Positions 12,574 through 23,117 of a stretch of DNA of 64,000 nucleotides are shown here, one piece after another. The stretch comes from an uncultured delta proteobacterium. GTDB lineage: Bacteria; Desulfobacterota; Syntrophia; Syntrophales; UBA4778. The stretch lies in assembly GCA_963784735.1 (NCBI GenBank), contig CAWASK010000010.1:1099-65098 (forward strand), given 5' to 3'. Within the stretch, counting starts at the first letter, position 1. Every line of letters starts with the position of its first letter. The notes below the pieces were generated by a model. The model did no database searches and was not told where the DNA came from. It was given only the letters and a program-made list of their open reading frames with translations. The position numbers and the translations under genes are program-made.

Positions 12574-13025
12574 AAACCGCCAGGCTGATATCAGTTATAG
12601 TTGTAATGATGCTGTGCTCTTCATGCATACATTTCCTGTTTGAGAAACCCACCGTCGTGCTCAAGAGCATCAAGGCCCGGCCCACCCTGCAGGGAATGGA
12701 GATCAGGTTCGGGGTGGAAGTGACAAATCCCAACGGTTATGATCTCAAGCTGGAGTCGCTGAATTTTAATTTCCAGGTTAATGAAGAAGGTTCGGGCAGC
12801 GCCCGCATCGAATCGCCTATCCTCCTCCCGGCAAAATCAGCCGTGGACGTGGAGGTCCCGCTGATCACCGACATGAAAATATTGGGCAAGGTCGTGTCCG
12901 CGCTCATCCGGGGAACGGAACTCAAATACAGGATTGAAGGGGACGCGCTGGTCAAGGCGGCGCTCGGGGAAAAGAATTTTCATTTCCTCAAGGAGGGCCT
13001 GCTTTCAAAACAGCTGTTGAAGTAA
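12570..13025 (+). CDS. LEA type 2 / WHy-domain lipoprotein
   Basis: Hydrophobic leader with lipobox-like CSSC; VEVTNPNGYDL signature. Confidence 0.8.
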   Translation: MKTARLISVIVVMMLCSSCIHFLFEKPTVVLKSIKARPTLQGMEIRFGVEVTNPNGYDLKLESLNFNFQVNEEGSGSARIESPILLPAKSAVDVEVPLITDMKILGKVVSALIRGTELKYRIEGDALVKAALGEKNFHFLKEGLLSKQLLK

Positions 13026-13101
13026 AGCGGCCCCACTGCGAATCCTGATTAAATTATCCTCCCGGTCTGGGCTTATCTCATCCACATTTCCCAAATTTCC
13101 C

Positions 13102-13147
13102 TTGACAAACCTCCTGCAGCCGATATAAAGAAGACAAATAAGGTCTT
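13102..13147 (+). promoter_or_regulatory. Sigma70 promoter with a downstream palindromic operator
   Basis: TTGACA (13102), 16-nt spacer, TATAAA (13124), then AAGAC-N7-GTCTT (13131-13147) upstream of the Rrf2 gene. Confidence 0.6.
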
Positions 13148-13173
13148 ATTTAACTTATTCAAGAAAGAGTTCA

Positions 13174-13581
13174 ATGTTTCACATATCCCGAAAAGGAGAT
13201 TATGCCGTCCGGGGAATGATATTTCTTGCGGGCCGTCCCAGGGGGGAAATATCCATGCTGAAGGACATCGCAGCATCGGTCGATGTACCCCACGCCCTGT
13301 TGGCGAAAATCTTCCAGGACCTCTGCAGGGCGGGCTTCGTGAGGTCTTTCCGGGGAGCGGGAGGCGGTTTTGAACTGGCGCGCCCGGCGGGCGGGATCTC
13401 ATTGCTTGAAATAATCGAAGCCATTGACGGGCCGATAGCAATGAACCGCTGCATTGTGAACCGTGGAATATGCGGCCGTGAGCATTTTTGCGGCGTCCAT
13501 CCTGTCTGGATGCAATTGCAGCAGAAAATGAGAAATAATCTGAGAAAAGTGAGCCTCCTGAAACTTGCCCGTCAGAGATAG
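13174..13581 (+). CDS. Rrf2-family transcriptional regulator with three Cys (IscR/NsrR-like Fe-S ligands)
   Basis: DYAVRGM, SFRGAGGGFELARP, ISLLEIIEAIDG and C-x6-C-x5-C. Confidence 0.92.
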   Translation: MFHISRKGDYAVRGMIFLAGRPRGEISMLKDIAASVDVPHALLAKIFQDLCRAGFVRSFRGAGGGFELARPAGGISLLEIIEAIDGPIAMNRCIVNRGICGREHFCGVHPVWMQLQQKMRNNLRKVSLLKLARQR

Positions 13582-13620
13582 CGGCTGTTCGGGACAGGCT
13601 CGCGGAATGGAGGGAGCCAA

Positions 13621-13950
13621 GTGTCGATTAAATATGTTAAATCTCTTTTTGAGTCGGACAATGAGGTCGTTGTATTCGAAGGAAATTGCCACGACTGCGG
13701 CAGGACCGTCGCGGTCGAATGCCGCAAGTCAGGCGATGAGGTGAGTGTCGCGGGCGGGGCGTATTGGAGGCAGGTTGACAGGGACTTTGTAAAATGCGAA
13801 GAATGCTTTCAAAATCTGCCCATGCTGACGAATTACATGCCATGCGAAATCTATTCCCGTGTCACGGGATACCTCAGGCCGGTAAAACAGTGGAACCCGG
13901 GAAAACGTGAAGAATTCAAAGCAAGAAAAAATTACATACTAAGCGAATAG
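13621..13950 (+). CDS. Stand-alone NrdD C-terminal (glycyl-radical) domain with two CxxC motifs
   Basis: CEIYSRVTGYLRPVKQWNPGKREEFKARK is the class III RNR glycyl-radical loop; CHDC and CEEC; GGAGGGAG RBS. Confidence 0.8.
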   Translation: MSIKYVKSLFESDNEVVVFEGNCHDCGRTVAVECRKSGDEVSVAGGAYWRQVDRDFVKCEECFQNLPMLTNYMPCEIYSRVTGYLRPVKQWNPGKREEFKARKNYILSE

Positions 13951-13961
13951 GAGGAATTTAC

Positions 13962-14459
13962 ATGAAGAAAACAGAGGAATGTCTGAAGGAAGCTTTTGCG
14001 GGAGAGTCCCAGGCCAACCGCAAGTACCTTGCATTCGCGGAGAAGGCCAATAAAGATGGTTTCCCGCAGGTGGCCCGCCTGTTCATGGCCGCCGCTGCAG
14101 CCGAAACGATACACGCCCACAACCATCTGAGGGCGCTCAAGGGAATTGGCAGCACGAAGGAAAACCTCTTGGAGGCCATTGGCGGGGAGACCCATGAATT
14201 TACCCATATGTATCCGGAAATGATCGAATCAGCGAAGGCCGAGGGCAACAAGGCGGCTGAAAGGTCTTTTGTCTATGCCAACGAAGTTGAAAAAGTTCAT
14301 GCGGAGCTGTATCGAAAACTGCTTGAGGGAATCGATAAGCCCCAGGGAGATTATGCATACTACATCTGCCCGGTCTGCGGTTTTACAGCGGAAGAGCATG
14401 CGCCCGGAACGTGCCCGGTGTGCGGGACCAAGGGCGAAATGTTTCAAAAGGTGTATTGA
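13962..14459 (+). CDS. rbr: Rubrerythrin
   Basis: AFAGESQANRKY, ETIHA, GETHE and EKVH di-iron motifs; C-terminal CPVCG..CPVCG. Confidence 0.95.
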   Translation: MKKTEECLKEAFAGESQANRKYLAFAEKANKDGFPQVARLFMAAAAAETIHAHNHLRALKGIGSTKENLLEAIGGETHEFTHMYPEMIESAKAEGNKAAERSFVYANEVEKVHAELYRKLLEGIDKPQGDYAYYICPVCGFTAEEHAPGTCPVCGTKGEMFQKVY

Positions 14460-14470
14460 GGGAGGCCTAA

Positions 14471-15157
14471 TTGCTGGACAAGAAGGCGTTTTTCACAATC
14501 ACTTGCGGCGTATATATTGTCAGTTCAGTCAAGGGCGGCAGACCGAGCGGACAGATAGCCAACAGTCTTTTCCAGGTGTCATCGGAGCCGCCCACGGTGG
14601 CCATCAGCATCAACAAGCTGAATTTGACGCACGAGTTTATCAGTGAAAGCAGATGCTTCGTAGTCTCCGTGCTTTCCCGGGAAGTTCCCTTGGCCTTTAT
14701 CGGCCGGTTCGGTTTTAAAACCGGCAGGGATTTCGATAAATTCGAGGGTGTTAATTACAGGAGCGGCCTGACCGGCGCCCCTCTGGTCCTGGACCATACT
14801 ATCTCCTTCATTGAGGCAAAGGTGATCAACCAGGTGGATTGCGGCACCCACACCATTTTTATCGGGGAAGTGGTCCATTGCGAGAAACTCAATGACAAAC
14901 CGCCCATGACTTACGATTACTATCATCTCGTCAAGGGAGGCAAGGCCCCTAAAACGGCCCCGAGTTATATAAAAGAGGAAGAGGACCAGAAAACGGGAGC
15001 CGGAAAGTATGAGTGCGAAGTATGCGGGTATACCTATGATCCTGGTGTTGGCGACCCCGAAAATGGGATAGAGCCGCCCGCCCCGTTTGAAGGTCTCCCC
15101 GAAAGCTGGACATGCCCGGTTTGCGGGGCAGGGAAGGAAAGTTTCAAACCATTATAG
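14471..15157 (+). CDS. Flavin reductase-rubredoxin fusion (high-molecular-weight rubredoxin)
   Basis: Flavin-reductase-like domain ([10 protein letters not shown]) plus [19 protein letters not shown]. Confidence 0.9.
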   Translation: MLDKKAFFTITCGVYIVSSVKGGRPSGQIANSLFQVSSEPPTVAISINKLNLTHEFISESRCFVVSVLSREVPLAFIGRFGFKTGRDFDKFEGVNYRSGLTGAPLVLDHTISFIEAKVINQVDCGTHTIFIGEVVHCEKLNDKPPMTYDYYHLVKGGKAPKTAPSYIKEEEDQKTGAGKYECEVCGYTYDPGVGDPENGIEPPAPFEGLPESWTCPVCGAGKESFKPL

Positions 15158-15372
15158 CTCAGCATTGCGGCCTTTCGGGAGGAGATTCTCCCGAAAGCGC
15201 CGATACGTGCATGCCGCTTAGACGTACCCTCAAGGCCAGGCAACCGTAACATAAGACCACCCGAATCCGGGCATTTTAGCAGTTGAACAGATTATGTGCC
15301 GCAGGCAGGCAGAACCTTTTTGAATGATCCGCATAAGGAACGCATCCGATGAGATCAATGGGGGGGTAAACC

Positions 15373-16547
15373 ATGTTCAAGAATGCTGGCTATGTATTTG
15401 TGATTTCTGTAGCGGCAATCCTTTCAATGATATTTTTTACTTGCGTGAGTTCCGATACTGCTCAGGCTGTGAGTCCTGCAGAGTACGTCAAACTCAAGGC
15501 TCTGGCCGAGGAAGGCGATGCCGAATCCCAGATTGCCCTCGGGGACATTTACAGGGAGGGCAATGGGGTCGGCCAGGATTATGATGAAGCTCTAAAATGG
15601 TACAACAAAGCCGCTGATCAGGGGAATTCCCAGGCACAATACAAACTTGGAGACATGTATCATACCGGCGAGGGCGTTAAGCGGAGTTATGCCGAGGCGA
15701 GGAAATGGTGGGTCAAGTCGGCCGAACAGGGGAATGCCGACGCCCAGTATGGCCTTGCTGTGATGTATTACAACAGCGAAGGTGTAAAGCAGGACTATGC
15801 CGTGTCGGCCCAGTGGTACAGAATGGCGGCCGACCAGGGCCATGCGGAGGCCCAGTTGAATCTCGGCAACATGTATTATCAGGGAATGGGTGTGAAGCAG
15901 GACTATGCCGAGAGTGCCGAACTGTTCAGGAAGGCAGCCGAGCAGGGCAATTTGCCGAAGCCCAGAGGAATCTCGGCATAATGTATCAGAATGGCCAGGG
16001 GGTGGCACAGGACTATAACGAGAGTGTCAAATACTTCAGGAGAGCCGCCGACCAGGGGGATGTTTCCGCGCAACTCGGCCTGGGTATAATGTTCTATAAA
16101 GGTGACGGCGTAGAAAAGGATTTTGCCGAAGCCGCCCGGTGGTACAGAAAGGCCGCCGACCAGGGAAATGCCGAAGCGCAGCAGGGACTGGGCTTCATGT
16201 ATTTCAATGGCGAGGGAGCGGACCGGGACTACGCCGAATCCTCAAAATGGTATCGAAAGGCCGCTGACCAGGGAAATGCCGCTGCTCAGCTGAACCTCGG
16301 CTACATGTATGAAAAAGGCCTGGGGGTAGAACAGGATAATGCACAAGCCGCCGCTTTGTACAGGAAAGCGGCCGCCCAGGGAGACCCCGATGCGCAGTTC
16401 AACCTTGCGGAAATGTACAGGGACGGACGGGGGGTGGAGCGGGACTGCGCCGAGTCTGTACAATTTTACAAAAGGGCTGCCGACCAGGGACATGAACCCG
16501 CACAGAACGCCCTGAAGTCCCTGACCAATCCCTGCGTTAACCAATAG
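15373..16547 (+). CDS. Secreted Sel1-repeat protein (frameshift near 15955)
   Basis: Signal peptide followed by about nine 36-aa AQxxLGxMYxxGxGVxQDYxEAxxWYRKAAxQG repeats. Confidence 0.92.
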
Positions 16548-16695
16548 GTAATGCAGGAATCTAACCTCATTGATTAATAATGGGCGGAATTAAAAAAAAT
16601 GACTGGTTTCCCATTCCATATGCGCGACATTGACTAAGCACCTATTGCCAAAAAAAGGGGCCAGCCCATGTCAGCTGACCCCTTCATTTTATTCA

Positions 16696-16782
16696 TGGTG
16701 CCGAAGCCGGGATTTGAACCCGGACAGGCCTACACCCACTAGACCCTGAACCTAGCGCGTCTACCAATTCCGCCACTTCGGC
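16696..16782 (-). tRNA. tRNA-Leu(CAG)
   Basis: Reverse complement GCCGAAGTGGCGGAATTGGTAGACGCGCTAGGTTCAGGGTCTAG...GGTTCAAATCCCGGCTTCGGCACCA; long variable arm and encoded CCA. Confidence 0.96.
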
Positions 16783-16904
16783 ACGCGTTTGAGTCGAAGT
16801 AATTTACGTGACAGCCCCATCCTTGTCAAGAAAAAAGAGGCTTGAAATTAGGGGAGGTAATGCTATGTTACGGTTCTTCAAAAAGGCGCCGGGAAGGTAA
16901 TATT

Positions 16905-17847
16905 ATGGAAATTATAAGAGATTTGGATCGGGTGAATGATCACCTGAAAGGTTGTGTCCTCACCGTCGGCAATTTTGACGGGGTCCACATAGCCCACCAG
17001 AGGATCATATCCCAGGTGGTCAGGGAGGCCCGTGAACGCGGCGGGAAGAGCGTGATCATGACCTTCAATCCCCATCCCCAGGAGTTTTTACACCCCGAAA
17101 GGAAGCCTTTTTACCTGATTACGACCCTGAACGAGAAGCTTGAACTGCTCGAGAGAAATGGGCGTTGACGCGGTCGTCGTGATAAACTTCTCGGCGGATT
17201 TTTCCAGGCTTTCCGCCGACGAGTTCATCAGGGGCATAATCTGGCGCCTGTTCGGGCCGGCAAAAATCCTGATCGGCCACGACAATACATTCGGCAGGGG
17301 AAAGGAAGGCAAGCCGGCTTACGTCAAACAACTCGGGGAAAAACTGGGATTCGATGTCGAAATAATCGAAGCCGTGTGCATGGAGGGCCTCGTGGTGAGC
17401 AGCACCGAGGTTCGCAACGCGGTCAGGGAAGGCGACATGCGTCTGGCCGGCATGCTGCTGGGCAGGCCCTATTCCCTGGAAGGCAGGGTGGTGGAGGGTT
17501 TTCAGAGGGGGCGCGACATAGGTTTCCCGACTGCCAACATATCGCCTCAAAAGGAGCTCCTGCCGGGCAGGGGTGTTTATGCAACCCTGATCGACATTGA
17601 AGGGGAAAGGTTCGAGTCAGTCACAAACGTGGGATTCAACCCCACTTTCACAGATGAAAAAAGACTGTCAATCGAGACCCACATCTTTGATCTCGACAGG
17701 GATGTTTACGGCAAGAGGGCCAGGGTCCATTTCCTCGAGCACCTCAGGGGCGAAAGGAAATTCGAAAGCATTGAAAAACTCACGGAGCAGATTGGAAATG
17801 ATATTGCCAGGGCGCGGGCAATCCTGAAAATATGCGCTGAAAAATGA
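16905..17847 (+). CDS. ribF: Bifunctional riboflavin kinase/FAD synthetase (frameshift near 17155)
   Basis: GNFDGVHIAH, TFNPHP, VSSTEVR, GFPTAN, NVGFNPT and IETHIFD. Confidence 0.95.
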
Positions 17848-17865
17848 AGTGTTCCCCAGGGAAAT

Positions 17866-17900
17866 AAAAAAGGGCGGCATCAAGCCGCCCTTTCTGTTTT
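17866..17900. terminator. Bidirectional intrinsic terminator
   Basis: AAAAAAGGGCGGC-ATCAA-GCCGCCCTTT between convergent genes. Confidence 0.65.
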
Positions 17901-18616
17901 ATTCATCAAGAGATATGGACTTCTTGGTCTTGTCCTTCCTCTTCGTTTCCTTCTCGTCGTACTTTGCCATGCAGCCGGACTTCGGCTTTGTCAGTGAGCA
18001 TTCCAGGTATTCCGAGATTTCGATTATGCAGGCCCGGATCGCTTTGCCGGCCGGGCGTTTTCTCCTTTTCACCCCAGTGGCCGCCTACGCCGAGGAGGCT
18101 CCCCGAGAGCCTCAGGCCCCCTCCCGATGAGTTGGCCTCAACGGTCCTGTTGTCGACCACTTCCGCCGTTTCGGTGTCAAGCACTTTCAGGTCGACCGCT
18201 ATATATGCCTTATTGCTGTCCCCTCCGACATTGAAGCCGAAGACCGAAATGCCCTTGTCGCTGCCCGCCACGTTCTCCTCGAAGGAAGAAACCGTGGCCG
18301 CTACCAGGTACTTGGCGACTTTTATCCTGCCGGGTCGTATCTTGTTTTCTCGTCGACAATGCCCGACTCGCTCAGCTTCTGCTCGCTGATGACCTTGTTC
18401 AGTTCCTGTCTCTCGAGCACCGAGAAGGCCTTGGTGCTGGCCAGTTCGGCTATCAGCATATCCTGGAGTTCCGTCCCGGATGTGTGTCCCCACCAGGAAG
18501 CATGCGTATGGTTTGTAAAGCGCAGGACCCCGAGCCGGGGTTTTTCCGCCGCGAATGCATCAAAAGCGCCCAGCACAAAAGCGAATACAATTAATGAACA
18601 GCACGAACCTTCTCAT
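17899..18616 (-). CDS. CsgG/HfaB-family secreted protein (frameshifted)
   Basis: Signal peptide, KPRLGVLRF, LQDMLIAEL..FSVLERQELNKVISEQKL and IAVDLKVLDTETAEV. Confidence 0.8.
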
Positions 18617-18743
18617 AAAACCACCTCCGAAATGAATTGTGCTTTGTTTTTGATTTAGCAAGACTCTCGAAACATTGCCCAGTTCACAACCCGGGCATTA
18701 ATGCGCGTCTAACTAAACATAGTTATTTGCCTAAAGCAATAAA

Positions 18744-19936
18744 TTAGCAGGAACGCAAGGGGACGTTCGCACTCTGACAGGATCTATTTATCTCAAGTTC
18801 AAGGGCGATGGTGTACTGGGAAAAATTGAGCACCTTGTACTTCCCCTTCTGCTTGATGCTGTTGGCCAGGTACAGGGAATTTTCCGGGTAGCTGACCACG
18901 AATTTCCCCATGCCCTTTTCTTCGACACCCGAAACCCAGACAATGTTCTGGAGGATGTTCTTGGTTTCCATGTTGGTGTCGAGGTCGGAAATTCCGGCGA
19001 CGCTGACGCTGATCTTCTTGACGCTCCCCTGCACGTACTTCGCTATCTTGTCAATGAGGGAAGGCGTGACGCTCTCGGCCAGGTCGGTCATGGCCCGGGC
19101 GACCGCATCCTCAACATTATTTGCCAGCCCCTTGCCCTGCTCCACGCCGGAATAGAGGATCTCGGTATTGCCCGTCTCCTTGTTTTTCGCGACGATCCGG
19201 TAATTGAGCCTCACGGTCACGTTGTTGAAGGGCATGGAAATCCCGTACCCGATGTCCTCCCCCTTCCTCGTCGAAATCGTGTAGTCGACCTTGCCGATGA
19301 TGAGCAGGTTCGAGAGGGACTTGTAAAGGATGCTCCTGACGCTCATGGTGCTGCCGCTCGTCACGGCCCTTTCGATGTCGGCCGCATCCGCTATTTTCGT
19401 CGGGCGCGATGTCTATTACCTTGTATCCCTGATCGATGAGCTTTCCGATAAGGGTTTCGGAAAGGACATTTGTTTCTTCATATTCGTCTCTTACGCTGCG
19501 GCCGTGTGACCGGGGTTTGCGGGCCGGGATGAAGAGGGCCAGCTGGTTGTTGAGCGAAAGGTTGGAGACGACTTTCTGGGCCTTGGCCGGTTCGACGCAG
19601 GCCTTTACTTTTACAAGGTACAGGCCCTTGTCCTCTTTCTGGCTCAGGATGTCATAACTCCTGACGACCCCCGATGCCTCCGTCTTGACGGCATCATCAA
19701 AAAGGACCATGTTCTGGACGAAGCTTCCGGCCTTCACGGTCACACCCACCACTTTTTCAATGGCAGACCATTTTGCCCTGGCCACCGCCTCCATTTTGGC
19801 GGACGGGATGTCGCCGTCGACAATGGCCGCCTCGCCATCGGAGTTTACGCACTTGACGCTTCCTGGGCCCAGCAGAAGGGGAATGAGATCAAAGAAGGAT
19901 GACGGATACTGAAACAGCGAAGATTTTTCGGTCCAT
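18744..19936 (-). CDS. Secreted protein with FlgT N-terminal-like domain (frameshifted; 3' end approximate)
   Basis: GEAAIVDGDIPSAKMEAVARAKWSAIEKVVGV..GVVRSYDIL matches the FlgT_N pattern. Confidence 0.65.
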
Positions 19937-20091
19937 TTCTCAAACCTCGGGTAAGTTGTCAAAGTGGATTAATTATCAATTTTCAACAAACATTGAAAGA
20001 AAATATAATTGCGCCCCGTTATCGCGATATTGCTAATAATATCAATAATATGGATTAATCAAGGGCAATTTTTGCTATACTCACTAAAACT

Positions 20092-20775
20092 ATGAAAATC
20101 AAAAAGCTGCATAATGGGAAGTCTGCTACACGGAAGCCGTGGGCATACAGAAGGACCTCCGGGAAAAGCTGGTCCTGGAAAATGCCCGAAATTTCCGGGT
20201 GCGGAAAATTGCCGGGGCCGATATATCCTATTCAAGAAACGATGACCTGTTTTTTGCGGCGGTCGTGGTGCTTGACGCCGATACCCTGGAAGTGATTGAC
20301 CGGAGCATGCAGCTCGGGACGGGTTTCTTTTCCCTATATCCCCGGCCTGCTGACCTTCAGGGAGGGGCCAGTCCTGCTGGAAGCATTTGAGAAATTGAAG
20401 ACCCGCGTCGATGCGGTGATGTTTGACGGCCAGGGAATAGCCCATCCCCGGCGGATGGGGCTTGCGAGCCACATGGGGCTTTTCCTGGGGGTGCCCACCC
20501 TGGGCTGCGCCAAGAAGAAGCTCGTGGGGGATTTCGCAGAGCCCGGGATTCAGAGGGGCTGCTGCTCGGAACTGCTGCACCAGGGAGAGAGCGTGGGGGC
20601 CGCCCTGCGCACAAAGACCGGGGTGAAGCCGGTGTTCGTATCTCCGGGGCACAAGATGGGGCTCCGCAGCGCGATTGACCTGACGCTTGCCTGCTGTTCG
20701 GGCTACAGGATACCCGAGCCGACCAGGCAGGCCCACCTGTTGGTGAACAGGTTCAGGCTTGAGCACGGCAGGTAA
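20092..20775 (+). CDS. nfi: Endonuclease V (frameshifted)
   Basis: IAGADISY, FPYIPGLLTFREGP, FDGQGIAHPRRMGLASH, PVFVSPGH and YRIPEPTRQAH. Confidence 0.93.
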
Positions 20776-20790
20776 AGGTGGTCGCAAAAA

Positions 20791-20815
20791 AGGGCGACCG
20801 GCCGGTCGCCCCTAC
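20791..20815 (-). repeat. GTAG-type REP-like palindrome
   Basis: Minus strand reads GTAGGGGCGACCGGCCGGTCGCCCT: a GTAG tetranucleotide next to a perfect GC-rich palindrome, between convergent genes. Confidence 0.6.
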
Positions 20816-20841
20816 GATTGCGATTTTCCAAGACAATCAAA

Positions 20842-21772
20842 TCAATTCCTTGGGTAAAAAATATCTCGCCGACGTAGCTCTCGGCCTCTGTCCCCGTATG
20901 CTGGGAATTGATGTGTATCTGGATCCCGTGCGTGACCCCCTCGGGTTCGCCGCCCTTTATGTCCTTGAACAGCCTCTTGTAGTCTTCATAGACATTTCGC
21001 TTCTCGGCATACCACTCGCCGAGTTTGTCTGTCTTGTTCCTCAGGACCAGGTATCTCAGTTTGCCGCCGCCGAGCTGCATGGACCTCCCGGAATAGCCCC
21101 GCGGCGACTCGCTGTCCCATACATATCCTATCACAGGGGTATTGAGGGAGGCAGGCCAGCCCACGGATGGGAATGCCAGGTAGAGCTGAATGGCCTGGTC
21201 GTCGGTCTTCGCGTTTCGCACGTCTCCTCCCTGGGGATCCTGACGGCTTTCCACCTCCAGTTCAGGTACTGGTAATCGCGGATGTTGACCTTGGCCTCTT
21301 TCTTCACCCCGAACGAGTTATTGTTGCTTAGAAGGCGAAGCGCCAGCCCGTCCCCGTCTCTTTCTACAGAAATATTCAGGGGGCCTTTCTTGACGTCGAC
21401 CTCCCATCCCTGGGGCGCGCCCTTCTGCGCCGCGCTGAATTTGGCTACAACGATACGGTCCTGGACCGCAACTGCGGGCTCCGTCGGCGGCTTCTGGTCG
21501 GGTATTTTCTCCCCGGCGGCTTCCGGCCGCGCCTGCTTATCGGGGATTGTTTTGTCTTCACCGGCGGGGACTGCCTGTTCGGCTCTGCGGTCATCGGGCC
21601 CCTGCTTCTTCTCGGGCGTACCTGGAGGGACAGCCGGGGTCGAACTCGCCGGGGTGCCCTGCTGCGGACCCTCCTGGCTGGGTTGAACGGTTGAAGGCTG
21701 GTCCGGTTGCTGGCAGGCTGTCAGGCAAAATACAAAAACGAAAAAAAGAACCAAAATTGAAAAAAATCTCAT
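20842..21772 (-). CDS. DUF3047-like lipoprotein (frameshifted; 3' end approximate)
   Basis: Lipobox LTAC, Pro/Gln linker, YLNWRWK, DDQAIQLY, IGYVWD and WYAEKRNVYEDYKRLF. Confidence 0.7.
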
Positions 21773-21783
21773 CGTTACTAATA

Positions 21784-22374
21784 CTATCCTCTTTCCCTGT
21801 ACAATTTCATGATTTCCGATCTTCTGATTATGGGCTCGATCCGGGCCACATATTTAAGGATGTTTTCGGTCCCGCCTTCCTCACGGTCAACGAGGACTAT
21901 CACGCGGTCGATAACGAGCCCGGCTTCCCTGGCGGCCTCAATGGCCGTTATGGTCGAGGCTCCCGTTGTAACCACGTCGTCAAGGATGGCCACCCTGTCG
22001 CCGGCCTTCACATTTCCCTCAATCCTGCTTTTAGTGCCGTGCCCTTTCGCGTCTTTCCGGACGATAAAGGGGTTGATGGGCCTGCCTTGCTGAAAAGACA
22101 CCAGGGCTATGGAGTTCGCGATCGGATCCGCCCCCAGGCTCAGGCCGCCCACTGCGTCGATTGCCGAATCCTTCAGCGTGTCAAACACGATGTTGCCGAT
22201 AAGGTTCATTCCCTCCGGGTCGAGGCTTGTTTTCTTGCAATCGAAATAATAGTTGCTCTTCAGGCCGGAAGAGAGGGTAAAGGGCTCTTCACTGAACCGG
22301 AAGGATTTTTCCAGGATAATATCGGCCAAACGTTTTTTCATTTCATTTACTTCCATCACCATCTCCAATCTCAT
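21784..22374 (-). CDS. pyrE: Orotate phosphoribosyltransferase
   Basis: FTLSSGLKSNYYFDCK, VRKDAKGHG and ILDDVVTTGAS. Confidence 0.95.
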   Translation of the reverse strand: MRLEMVMEVNEMKKRLADIILEKSFRFSEEPFTLSSGLKSNYYFDCKKTSLDPEGMNLIGNIVFDTLKDSAIDAVGGLSLGADPIANSIALVSFQQGRPINPFIVRKDAKGHGTKSRIEGNVKAGDRVAILDDVVTTGASTITAIEAAREAGLVIDRVIVLVDREEGGTENILKYVARIEPIIRRSEIMKLYRERG

Positions 22375-23117
22375 TCATTGAGCGCGAACCGGACCGGGAC
22401 ATCGACCCACATGGAAATCGCGACCCCCATCCTCTGGCCGGGGCGGAACAGCCATTTGCGGACGGCGTCCATTGCGGAATCGTCAAGGATCGGATAGCCC
22501 GAAGACTTCTTCAAAGATAAATTCCCCACCCTTCCGTCCGGCCTTATTTCTGCCGACACGAGGACCAGGCCCTCATAGCCGCGCTGGCGCGCCGCCGCTG
22601 GATATCGCGGCGGGCTGTTCTGCCTGTAGGCCGGGATGAGGTGGGGGGCAGTTGCCGTCCCCGGGGCGCCGTTCGGGGCACCTGTAGAGGTACCTTCGAG
22701 TTTCGCAAGCTCTAAATCGTTTTCCCGGCTGCCCCGGTTTCTGCCAGGGTGTGCCGAAACGCCGTTTGTATATACATCAAGTGAAGCAAAAGAGGTAAAC
22801 GGTATTTTCTTTTCTTCTGATACTGTCGGGGCCGCCTCACCGGTCCTCGTTTCCTGTCGGGGCAGCACGGGTTCCTTTTTCGCCGCTTTCACTGCCTGTT
22901 TGGCCTGTCCGCCGATATCGTCTATCCCCCCTACCAGCGAAACTGTCACAGCTCTCTCGCCAATCGGGGCCAGCAGGGCCGCCGGGACCGGGGCGAGAGA
23001 GGATATGACCACCCCCGCGGCAGCCAGGTGGACGGCCAAGGACAATGAAACCGCAAAAATCAGGTCCTGCCTTGATCCCCGCATTTTCATCGACGGCACC
23101 CTTAATTGGTTTTGCAC
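22371..23117 (-). CDS. tonB: Energy transducer TonB
   Basis: TM helix with SLAVH; C-terminal PRYPAAARQRGYEG..SSGYPILDDSA..W.FRPG. Confidence 0.88.
   Translation of the reverse strand: MQNQLRVPSMKMRGSRQDLIFAVSLSLAVHLAAAGVVISSLAPVPAALLAPIGERAVTVSLVGGIDDIGGQAKQAVKAAKKEPVLPRQETRTGEAAPTVSEEKKIPFTSFASLDVYTNGVSAHPGRNRGSRENDLELAKLEGTSTGAPNGAPGTATAPHLIPAYRQNSPPRYPAAARQRGYEGLVLVSAEIRPDGRVGNLSLKKSSGYPILDDSAMDAVRKWLFRPGQRMGVAISMWVDVPVRFALNE

Noticed and set aside
11958-13025. Apparent SGNH-LEA fusion in the ORF track
   Set aside because: Artefact of a frameshift; two genes overlap at ATGA (12570-12573)
15490-16520. 108-bp periodic DNA repeats
   Set aside because: Explained by Sel1 protein repeats
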